A program made the translations under genes and the position numbers. The notes beneath the pieces are model-generated. The model worked only from the letters and a program-made list of their open reading frames with translations. It did no database searches and was not told the DNA's origin. Below, one piece after another: positions 5,855-14,471 of a DNA stretch of 53,921 nucleotides (positions within the stretch are counted from its first letter, which is position 1; each line of letters starts with the position of its first letter). Source of the DNA: Candidatus Onthovivens merdipullorum (GTDB taxonomy: Bacteria; Bacillota_I; Bacilli_A; RFN20; CAG-826); the NCBI GenBank assembly GCA_017694345.1, contig JADIMY010000013.1, positions 1-53,921 on the forward strand. The letters are read 5' to 3'.

Positions 5855-8803
5855 ATGAAAAGAAAAGGTTTACCTGTAGCAATCCTCTGTGGTGGATTAC
5901 TATTCGGATTAGTAAGCGTATCTTTGATGTCTTGTGGTGATGAACAAGTTACTAGATATGCTGTTACATTTAATTATAGTGAAGATTTCACTATTAATGG
6001 GATTAATGAATCTGGGTATGCTGCAAATGAAACAGTATCATTTACTATTACTGTAAACGATAGCACTAAAAAAGTTGGAACTGTTACTAGAGATGGTGAA
6101 ACTTTAACACCTAATGGTACAACTTATTCGTTTGTTATGGGGGAGGCTAATACAAGTATTGTCGTGTCATTAGTACCTAATGTTATCGTTGAAAGTGTAG
6201 AAATTACAGGGAAAAATGGAGCTATTGTTGAGACTGATATTTTTGATAATACACAAATTCAACTTGAAGCAAATGTTGTAACTAATAATGTAATCGAAGG
6301 CGATGATGAAGTTGACTGGAGTTTAAGTGATACAAGCTACGCTAGTATTGAAGATGGTTATTTAATTATCGACAATATGAGAAGTGATGAAGCGAAAGAA
6401 CTCACTGTTACTGCAACTAGTATTTATGATGAAACTAAACATGACAGCATTACCTTTACAGTTAATCACAGTATTATTAATTTAACTACATCTTATGCCA
6501 GATGGAATAAAACTGATGAAGAAGGTGGCGGTGTAGAACAAGATGAACTTGATTTAGTTGACTATAAAACAGACGGTTTAATTATTCAAGATGGGGAAGA
6601 AAATGATTCAGCTTTAATTTTTAATGATATTCATAGTACAAAATTTTATATTGAAACTGAATTTAAAATTACAGGTCTTAGCGCAAATGATAAGTATCCT
6701 AAAATTGGCTTAATGATAGGAACAAACGATAATGGTACATGGAATCAAGCAGGAACAAGACATGGATTTTTCTATTTTGATTCTAACACACAAAATGGCA
6801 ATAAAAATTGGAATACATTTGCTTTTATTGATAGCAATGAAAGTGATGGTTGGAATTGGAATTCTAGTATTGAAAATAGCTCTAGATTCACAGCTGAATC
6901 TGTTACATACAATGAATGGGTCAAAATTGGTCTTATAAGGGATGGAACTGATTATTATTTACTGGCAGGAACTAGTAAAGATAATTATTCAAGCTATGGA
7001 ATTAAGCGAAAAATAAGTTGGAATGGAATTTCTGCTAACACAGAGACATATGCATGGTTTGGAGGTTGGAGAGGCGCTTATGAAGCTAGAAATTTAAAAG
7101 TTCTTTTAGGAACAGAAGTTGAAGAAGAGTTTGGACCTCAATCTTTACAAGTCAAAACAAATAGAACTTTAATTTACAAGGGAAATACTGCGCAAATTTC
7201 AGTTTCCAATAACGATTCATATTTTAATAAAAACTATTTAAAGTATTCATCAAATGATGAAAATATTGCTACTGTTGATGAAAACGGTTTAGTTACTGCT
7301 GCTAGTGATTTAACAGGGACAAAAGAAGTAACTATTAAAGTTACTTACGATAATGGTGTAGAAAATCCATTGACAAGTGAAGTTAATTTAACTATTACAG
7401 ATGATGCTGCAGCAGATATTAGGCTAGATGGATCCTTAGATGACGGGCTACGGAACAGCGTTAATGAACATACATTTAAGTTAAATATTGGTAAAGACAA
7501 TAGTGCTGATGAATATGCGATTTTTTATGGTAAAAAGAATGTAGATGGTCTTTATATTGCTGCCGACTACTATGTTAAAGAATTAAAACATAATAGTAAT
7601 GATTGGTGGCAAAATGATAACTTTGAATGTAGATTTCATAATGAATACGGATCAGAAGGTGGTATAGGTCAGCTTTGGATTAGTACAGCAAATGTAGGCA
7701 GTGCTAATTTTGATGAATTTGCTGTTTCACAACCTGTTTTAAATGAGGAAACAGGATTATATAATATTCATTTTGAAACTGTAACTTATTATAGTAGATT
7801 TGGTATTCAACATGTAACAGAAGATGATTATATTGGATTTAGTGCTGGCATTAATAATACTAAAGGGTGGCATGCTACCTATAACCATGATAATGATACT
7901 TACGGTCATATTCAAAATATGGGTATATATATTACGGAAAATGGTTTAGAAGAAAATATTCCATTTACTTGTAGAGAGCACGAACTTTATTCGATTTACG
8001 ATAAATTACCTACTTGTTTAGAAGCAGGTACCATGCATGAAGAATGTATGCATTGTGACTATTCAGGAGAATCAATAGAGATTCCTGCTAGTGAAGAATA
8101 TCATCAATGGGTAATTACTGAAACCACTACTGAATCAACTTGTTCATCACACGGAACTGGGAGTGCTGAATGTAGTGTTTGTGGTGAGACAACTGCATCA
8201 TTACCTTTAGATCCTAATAAACATACAAAATGGAATGAAGAAGCGGGGATATGTGATGATTGTCATAATTATTATAATGAACCAACTAATTTAGTTGCTG
8301 AAGCATGGACTTTAGGTGGATTTAATAAAAACTTTAATAGTGCTGAGGACTTCAATGTTACGATTAATCTCAACACAAAACTTTCAACTAATTTAGGAGC
8401 GACAATGTATCAAGCTTTTGTTGGAGATATTTGTAGTATTGGATGGGCTAATGGTGGAATCTCTATTAACTCAGGTGCTTCTTCATGGGGGGCTTGGGGT
8501 GATAAAACTGATTATTTAAGAGTTTTAAACAATAAATTTGGAAGTGGTAGTAATAGCGATTTAGTCGAAGCTTATAAAGATGCTGATGTTGAATTAAATG
8601 TTGATCGGAGTACTGAAAGTAATCGTATCACATTAAACGCAATAGTTACATCTAATGTTGAAGGATACGAAGATGGCTTTGCTCAAATTTTATTAATTAG
8701 TGGAAAAACAACCAATAGAAACGGTATCACTGTAACAATAGGTGCTGAAAAAGCAAATGTTACATTTTATAGTGCATATTTAAATGAAGGCAAATTGCTA
8801 TAA
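5855..8803 (+). CDS. Large surface lipoprotein, non-catalytic glycan-binding type (Big_2 + LamG-like + Big_2 + CBM9-like + Cys-rich repeats + C-terminal jelly-roll-like region)
   Basis: RBS AAAGGAGG and lipobox LMSC|G. Big_2 ending TVTATSIYDETKHDSITFTV. LamG-like DKYPKIGLMIGT...IGLIRDGTDYYLLAG. CBM9-like IRLDGSLDDG...GLYIAADYYV...WWQNDNFECRF. No hydrolase motif was recognised. Confidence 0.75.
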   Translation: MKRKGLPVAILCGGLLFGLVSVSLMSCGDEQVTRYAVTFNYSEDFTINGINESGYAANETVSFTITVNDSTKKVGTVTRDGETLTPNGTTYSFVMGEANTSIVVSLVPNVIVESVEITGKNGAIVETDIFDNTQIQLEANVVTNNVIEGDDEVDWSLSDTSYASIEDGYLIIDNMRSDEAKELTVTATSIYDETKHDSITFTVNHSIINLTTSYARWNKTDEEGGGVEQDELDLVDYKTDGLIIQDGEENDSALIFNDIHSTKFYIETEFKITGLSANDKYPKIGLMIGTNDNGTWNQAGTRHGFFYFDSNTQNGNKNWNTFAFIDSNESDGWNWNSSIENSSRFTAESVTYNEWVKIGLIRDGTDYYLLAGTSKDNYSSYGIKRKISWNGISANTETYAWFGGWRGAYEARNLKVLLGTEVEEEFGPQSLQVKTNRTLIYKGNTAQISVSNNDSYFNKNYLKYSSNDENIATVDENGLVTAASDLTGTKEVTIKVTYDNGVENPLTSEVNLTITDDAAADIRLDGSLDDGLRNSVNEHTFKLNIGKDNSADEYAIFYGKKNVDGLYIAADYYVKELKHNSNDWWQNDNFECRFHNEYGSEGGIGQLWISTANVGSANFDEFAVSQPVLNEETGLYNIHFETVTYYSRFGIQHVTEDDYIGFSAGINNTKGWHATYNHDNDTYGHIQNMGIYITENGLEENIPFTCREHELYSIYDKLPTCLEAGTMHEECMHCDYSGESIEIPASEEYHQWVITETTTESTCSSHGTGSAECSVCGETTASLPLDPNKHTKWNEEAGICDDCHNYYNEPTNLVAEAWTLGGFNKNFNSAEDFNVTINLNTKLSTNLGATMYQAFVGDICSIGWANGGISINSGASSWGAWGDKTDYLRVLNNKFGSGSNSDLVEAYKDADVELNVDRSTESNRITLNAIVTSNVEGYEDGFAQILLISGKTTNRNGITVTIGAEKANVTFYSAYLNEGKLL

Positions 8804-8824
8804 TATAAATAAAGACTTAGCAAT

Positions 8825-8852
8825 AAAAATCAGGGAGGAATCCCTGATTTTT
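8825..8852. terminator. Bidirectional intrinsic terminator between convergent genes
   Basis: AAAAATCAGGGA-GGAA-TCCCTGATTTTT: an 8-bp stem flanked by an A-run and a T-run. Confidence 0.75.
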
Positions 8853-8885
8853 AATCTTTTTGAGATAATTTAGGTATTTATTTTA

Positions 8886-9893
8886 TTAAGCAGTCGTCCC
8901 TTCAAAATATTGAACATTTACTTTAATATTTATCATTTTTTTATTTAAATTGCCCTTATTAATTAGATTTATCAATATTTCAAAACTTTTTTGAATAATT
9001 TCATCAGCATTAGGAGCTACACTACTAACCCTAATAGGATAGACATTACTTTCTTGAGTGTTGTCGTAGCCGATAATTTTTATTTTTTTGATTCTTTCTT
9101 CAAAATTTTCGTAAATAATTCGTAAAACTTCATAAGCAAGTAAATCGCTAAAACAAAAAATACCATCAATATTTGGGTTTTTATTTAAAGTTTCAATTAA
9201 TTGTGATGAAGCATTATTTGTTCTTGTTCCAATAATTATGTGATCTTGATCTAGATTATAATTTTTAAGATTTAATTCATCTTTAAATCCTTTTAATCTT
9301 TGCTTATCTATTTCTAATTCATTGTGTTCTGTAAAATATAAAAATTCATGAGAATTTTTATTAATTAATGTTTTAGCAGCGAGTTTGCCGCCTTCATAGT
9401 CATCAGAATATATTGAATTTATGTTAGTAGGTCTTCCATCTCGACCAATTAATAAGAGTGGTAGATTAAAACTGTCGATTAAGTTTTTAGCTTCTAATGT
9501 TGGCTCAATAAAAGTTAAAATAGCAGAAACTTGATAAGATATCGCTTTTTTAGCGATATCTATTGATAGATGTCCAATATGCCAACTATCAGCAAAAATC
9601 ATAGCATCATAATTTTTGCTATATAAGTAATTAGATATTTTTTCTAGCATCATCGAATAGTATGGATTAGTTAAATTATCGTAAACAATTGCGATAACAT
9701 CAAGCTTGCCACTTCGCAAAGTTTTAGCTCTTATATCTGGTATATAGCCAAGTTTATCAGCTATTTTTTTTACTTTATTTTTAGTTTTTTGCGAAATGCT
9801 TTTACTATCTTTCAAAGCTTTAGAAACTGAATTTATAGAAATGCCCGCCTTTTTAGCAATGTCTTTTAAAGTAATCTTCTTTTTAGCTACCAT
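8886..9893 (-). CDS. LacI/PurR-family transcriptional regulator
   Basis: N-terminal HTH ITLKDIAKKAGISINSVSKALKD...KVKKIADKLGYIPD, followed by a periplasmic-binding-protein-like sugar-binding core. It is divergent from the 10100 operon. Confidence 0.9.
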   Translation of the reverse strand: MVAKKKITLKDIAKKAGISINSVSKALKDSKSISQKTKNKVKKIADKLGYIPDIRAKTLRSGKLDVIAIVYDNLTNPYYSMMLEKISNYLYSKNYDAMIFADSWHIGHLSIDIAKKAISYQVSAILTFIEPTLEAKNLIDSFNLPLLLIGRDGRPTNINSIYSDDYEGGKLAAKTLINKNSHEFLYFTEHNELEIDKQRLKGFKDELNLKNYNLDQDHIIIGTRTNNASSQLIETLNKNPNIDGIFCFSDLLAYEVLRIIYENFEERIKKIKIIGYDNTQESNVYPIRVSSVAPNADEIIQKSFEILINLINKGNLNKKMINIKVNVQYFEGTTA

Positions 9894-9986
9894 ATTTTTA
9901 AATTATCATTAATAAAGTTTTAAAGCAACAAAAAAGTAATTTTATTTAATTTTAATAACATTAATTATAATGATATTATAAAATAT

Positions 9987-10001
9987 TACGACTATGTCGT
10001 A
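9987..10001. promoter_or_regulatory. Inverted repeat TACGAC-TAT-GTCGTA in the divergent LacI / operon promoter region (candidate operator)
   Basis: Read directly in the sequence. It is the only GC-containing palindrome in the 9894-10099 intergenic region apart from TTGCTT-A-AAGCAA at 10074-10086, next to the RBS. Confidence 0.35.
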
Positions 10002-10099
10002 TTAATTACATTTTTTAGATTATCGTTAACCTAAAGTATGTAGACAATTGAAAATAAATTTAATATTATAAAATTGCTTAAAGCAAAAGGAGCAATTAT

Positions 10100-12103
10100 A
10101 TGAAAAAATTTTTACTAGCTTTTAGTTTATTAACACTAAGTTCTTTTGGCGTTGTTTCTTGTAAAGATTCAGAAGAAGTGAAAGTATTTGTTGTTACTTT
10201 TGACGTTGATGGTATACAAACAACTGTTAATGTTAATCAAGGTGATTTACTTACTAAACCTGAAGATCCTAAAAAAGACGGATATAATTTTATTGGATGG
10301 TTTACTGACAAGCTTTTAACTGAAGATTCTAAATTCAATTTTGACAATCCTATTAACGAAAATATAACCTTATATGCAGGTTTTGAACCAATTCCGAAAA
10401 CTTATTATACAGTGACTTTTGAACTTAATGGTGGAAGCTTTGTTAATGGTGAAAAAGAAGTGCAAATAGAAGAAGGAATGCTTGTTACTAGACCAAGTGA
10501 TCCTATTAAAGAAGGGTACACCTTTACTAATTGGTATAAAGATAATAATGGTCAAGAACTTTTTGATTTTTTAACTCCAATTAATGAAGATATAACAATC
10601 TATGCAATCTATGAAGAAAATAAAGTTGAAACTAGATATGATGTAGTTGCTTCTAGTTTTAAAGAAGGACATAGAGCAGATTATGCAGTGGACGAGGACA
10701 CCAATTCTTATTGGGAAGCAAACAATAATGAGGAACAAACCTTAACATTTGACTTAGGTGAAGTTAAGTCCGTAAATAAGGTTTCTCAAGAATTCAATGA
10801 TTTATCTACTTGGACATTTACTATAAGTGGATCCATTGATAACCAAAATTATGCAACAGTAATGGAGACTAATAATTCCGTTGGCACAAAATTTGAAAAA
10901 GATATCGAAGGTTATTATCGATATATTAAACTTACGATTGCTCCTGGTGAAAAACTTGCAACTTCTAAAGATTTTATTATTTCTTTTAACGAGTTAAAAG
11001 AAGGTAGCAATTTATCATATGGTATGAAAGGTGTTGCTGATTGCTGGAGTGGTGGATTTGAAAGCGAATTGATGTTTGATGGAGATGAAAATACATATCA
11101 TTGTTGTTCTTCACCACACGAAAATCATTATATGGGTTTTGAAAATGTTGACGGCTTAAATTACTATGTAAAATATATTGAAATAGTTTTTCCGGATGCA
11201 GTAGATCATAAATTTTATTTAGATTATAGAGATGGTCTAACTGGTTCATGGATAACTCCAGAAGGCGGAGATTATACTAATAATATTGAAAATATTAAAA
11301 CAGTTAGAATAGACATAAATAATTATATTAGTGCAGCTTTGCTTCATTATAATTCTAATAGTGCATCAAAATGGCCTGCTATTAGTGAATTTAGAGTAGT
11401 TGGTTTTAAGGAACTTAATAAAGATACAACTCCTAATTTAGTAGATAACAAAAATATTTATGATTTAGGTTCCTTATGCTATATAGATAGAATTAAAGTT
11501 TCCAATATAAGCGAAAATACTAAAGTAGAAATATCAATTGATGGAACGACTTATGAAGAAGTTAATCTAGAAAATACTGAGAACGGCTATATTCTAATAG
11601 ATAAGGAAGCCAGATATTTAAGAGTAAATAGTGATACAACTTTATCAATTTTCGGGACAAAATATGAAAGAAATTTAGCAGTAAATCTTTTACCAATTGC
11701 AACAACTCATTCTAGTGATTCAGGTTTTTGGGAAAACATGATGACAATGAATAAAGATTGTAAAGAAGCTAATACTAGATATTGGTGTACATCAAATTTT
11801 GAAAATACCGATACGATTGAATTAGATTTAAATAATGAGTGTCTTGTTGACAAAATTGTTTATAAGTATCAAGACCCTCTTAGCGAAGGTCAAAATTCAT
11901 ATAAACTAAAGATTGAAGTTAGTAGTGATAAAGAAAATTATGTTACTTTACTTGATACAACAGAAAATGGCGCTTCAGGTCAAGAGTTTATTGCTAATAA
12001 CAATAATAACTTAACTAGGTATATCAAAATAACTACCCAATATGTTGGTGGATGGACAAACTGCAATACTTTAGCAGTTTATGGTTATGGCTCAACTAAA
12101 TAA
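10100..12103 (+). CDS. Lipoprotein with two Listeria-Bacteroides (InlB B-repeat / Flg_new) repeats followed by an array of F5/8 type C (discoidin, CBM32-like) domains
   Basis: Lipobox VVSC|K. Flg_new-like DGYNFIGWFTD...ITLYAGF and EGYTFTNWYKD...ITIYAIY. Discoidin-like A.DEDTNSYWEA...QTLTFDLGEVKSVNKVSQEF is repeated in diverged form. Confidence 0.75.
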   Translation: MKKFLLAFSLLTLSSFGVVSCKDSEEVKVFVVTFDVDGIQTTVNVNQGDLLTKPEDPKKDGYNFIGWFTDKLLTEDSKFNFDNPINENITLYAGFEPIPKTYYTVTFELNGGSFVNGEKEVQIEEGMLVTRPSDPIKEGYTFTNWYKDNNGQELFDFLTPINEDITIYAIYEENKVETRYDVVASSFKEGHRADYAVDEDTNSYWEANNNEEQTLTFDLGEVKSVNKVSQEFNDLSTWTFTISGSIDNQNYATVMETNNSVGTKFEKDIEGYYRYIKLTIAPGEKLATSKDFIISFNELKEGSNLSYGMKGVADCWSGGFESELMFDGDENTYHCCSSPHENHYMGFENVDGLNYYVKYIEIVFPDAVDHKFYLDYRDGLTGSWITPEGGDYTNNIENIKTVRIDINNYISAALLHYNSNSASKWPAISEFRVVGFKELNKDTTPNLVDNKNIYDLGSLCYIDRIKVSNISENTKVEISIDGTTYEEVNLENTENGYILIDKEARYLRVNSDTTLSIFGTKYERNLAVNLLPIATTHSSDSGFWENMMTMNKDCKEANTRYWCTSNFENTDTIELDLNNECLVDKIVYKYQDPLSEGQNSYKLKIEVSSDKENYVTLLDTTENGASGQEFIANNNNNLTRYIKITTQYVGGWTNCNTLAVYGYGSTK

Positions 12104-12110
12104 GTAATTT

Positions 12111-14471
12111 ATGAGATTAAATAGATCTATATTTACTTCTATTTTACTTTTATCAATATACGGACTAAGTTCTTGTAATGATAAAAGTAATAATGAAGAT
12201 TATGAAGTTAAGTTAGAAACTTACGGCGGACAATTATCTAATTTCACAATAACTTTTAAAGAAGGAGAGACTCTTTCTAATTTGCCTATCCCTACTAAAG
12301 AAGGTAATAAATTTATTGGGTGGTATTATGAAGATACATTTGTAACACAAGCTATAGAAGGAGATCCTATTAATAGTGATATAACTTTATATGCAAATTA
12401 TGTTGAAGTTGAATATATAAATTCAATAGATGATTTGAAAAATATAGACCCAAATAAAAACTATGTTTTAAATAATGATTTAGATTTTAATGGTAATGTT
12501 ATTAATCCTATCGGGGATTATAAAACTCCATTTAGTGGATATTTCTTTGGAGAGAATCACAATATTAAAAATTATCAATTACAATATAACAAGTATAATG
12601 GTTTATTTGGTTATGTAACTGGAAAAATTTATGATTTAAGTGTTATAACAGATATTAGTTATGTTGCTGATAATTCAAATTTTGTTGGACTTTTAGCAGG
12701 TTATTTATATAAAGGAGAGGTTTTTAATTCAAGGTGTGAAGGACAAATTATTATTAATTCATCAAGTGAAAATGGTCAAAGTTATATTGGTGGATTAATT
12801 GGCGAAAATGAATCTGGTAATATCAATAGGTGTTATAGTAATGTTTCTATTTCTAACACAAATGATAATAGTAGTTATGTAGGAGGATTAGTTGGATATA
12901 ACGGTGGAGGAAAAGTTTTTGAATCAATTATTAAAAATAGTTATGCTTATAACTCTACAATTAATGTTACTTCAAACAAAGAAACCTCCTCGAGCTATGT
13001 AGGCGGCATTAGTGGATATAACTTTGGAACAATAGAAAAATGTTTTACTTTTGATATGAATTTAATTAGTAAAACAAGCGAATATTATGCTTTTTGTGGC
13101 GGAATATGTGGCGATAATAATGGCGGTCTTATTAAAGATTCATTTAGTAGTTCTAATGTTAAGGTAATTAGTGATAGTGGAACCACTTTTAGAGGTTTGA
13201 TAATGGGTCGAAATTTTGTTTCAACAAAAACACCATTAAGCGGGACATATTCTAATTGTTATGGCTATGAAGGAAGTAAGATAAGCTATAGTTTAAGCAA
13301 TAAAGAATCTTTATTAACAAGCAGGCATTATCAAACAGTTGTACCTTTAGCTAGTTATGAAGAAATAAGTAAAAAAGACTTTTTTATAAATACTTTATCT
13401 TTGAATGAATTTTTAGTTAAGGACGATTATTATCCATCACTAGGTAGTTCATTTTTTAAGATTAAAGATGTTGATGATTTAGGTTTACCTTCTAATCCAA
13501 TTGAAATAAAATCAATTACTGATTTAATGAATATTGATACAAATAAATCATATATATTAAAGAATGATTTAGATTTAAGAGGTAAAGATTTTATTTCAAT
13601 AGGAACTTATGATTTACCTTATTATGGAGTATTTGATGGTAATAACCACACAATTAAATTTGATGTTACTAAAGATAATTCATTAGGATATTCTTCTTTA
13701 TTTGGCTATTTAAATGGAACAATAAAAAATTTAAATACTATCGCAAATATCGATTTAATATCAAATAATAATTTACAGCATTATGCTAGTGGAATGGTTA
13801 GTTATGCTACTAATAGTTACATAAATAATTGTAATAGCGAAGTAAATATAGACATAAGTTCAAATGGAGTTATTGCTAGTGGTATAGTTTCTTATAGTGA
13901 GGATAGTGAAATTTATGGTTGTTCTTCAAGTGGAATTATTAATACAAACTCAACCAATTATTCAAATTATGCTTCAGGAATTGTAGGAATAAATGATGAA
14001 GGGTTGATTAAAGAATGTTTTAGTATCATTGATTTAAGCTTAAAAAGTGAAGAGATTGCTATTAGTGGAGGAGCTGTTGCAAAGAATTTAGGCAAAGTTT
14101 ACGATTCTTATTCGATTAGCAATATTAAAACACTAGGAGCTATAAACGAAACTAATATTGGTGGTTTTGTAGGGTTAAACAAAAATGGTTATATTTATAA
14201 TTCTTATTCGATTAGTAATTTTGAGAAAAATAACGAGGCAAATCATGATTTAATTGGTGGATTTGGTGGAGTTAACATTGATGGCAATGTATCAAATAGT
14301 TATTTTCAAGTAAACGAAGGAATAAAATACAGTTTTGGGAGTAGCGAAATTGATGTAGAAATTACTAAAGTGAATGATGAAGAGCTTAAAACTTTATCAA
14401 CCTTATTAGGTGATAAATTTGTTGATAAAACTGATGGTAGACCACATTTAAAGATTGAGGATAATTTATGA
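12111..14471 (+). CDS. Lipoprotein with one InlB B-repeat and two tandem GLUG-motif beta-helix-like modules
   Basis: Lipobox LSSC|N and GNKFIGWYYED...ITLYANY. Each of the two modules opens with I.SI.DL.NID.NK.Y.L.NDLD...G.F.G..H.I, followed by repeated (I/V)GG(L/I)(I/V)G..N.G segments. Confidence 0.7.
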   Translation: MRLNRSIFTSILLLSIYGLSSCNDKSNNEDYEVKLETYGGQLSNFTITFKEGETLSNLPIPTKEGNKFIGWYYEDTFVTQAIEGDPINSDITLYANYVEVEYINSIDDLKNIDPNKNYVLNNDLDFNGNVINPIGDYKTPFSGYFFGENHNIKNYQLQYNKYNGLFGYVTGKIYDLSVITDISYVADNSNFVGLLAGYLYKGEVFNSRCEGQIIINSSSENGQSYIGGLIGENESGNINRCYSNVSISNTNDNSSYVGGLVGYNGGGKVFESIIKNSYAYNSTINVTSNKETSSSYVGGISGYNFGTIEKCFTFDMNLISKTSEYYAFCGGICGDNNGGLIKDSFSSSNVKVISDSGTTFRGLIMGRNFVSTKTPLSGTYSNCYGYEGSKISYSLSNKESLLTSRHYQTVVPLASYEEISKKDFFINTLSLNEFLVKDDYYPSLGSSFFKIKDVDDLGLPSNPIEIKSITDLMNIDTNKSYILKNDLDLRGKDFISIGTYDLPYYGVFDGNNHTIKFDVTKDNSLGYSSLFGYLNGTIKNLNTIANIDLISNNNLQHYASGMVSYATNSYINNCNSEVNIDISSNGVIASGIVSYSEDSEIYGCSSSGIINTNSTNYSNYASGIVGINDEGLIKECFSIIDLSLKSEEIAISGGAVAKNLGKVYDSYSISNIKTLGAINETNIGGFVGLNKNGYIYNSYSISNFEKNNEANHDLIGGFGGVNIDGNVSNSYFQVNEGIKYSFGSSEIDVEITKVNDEELKTLSTLLGDKFVDKTDGRPHLKIEDNL

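Noticed and set aside
6732-6938. Nested or antisense ORFs inside long, well-supported genes. This one and: 10370-10555, 10986-11249, 14386-14649, 14659-14883, 17845-18045, 18115-18306, 18622-18804, 19085-19267, 21242-21442, 22285-22491, 23610-23813, 29019-29258, 29481-29714, 31606-31932, 34120-34359, 37586-37837, 38894-39160, 42627-42845, 43463-43654, 45454-45654, 52270-52452, 53288-53512
   Set aside because: Each lies within, or antisense to, a longer ORF with clear family motifs. They lack RBS and motifs and have skewed composition, so they are treated as shadow ORFs.
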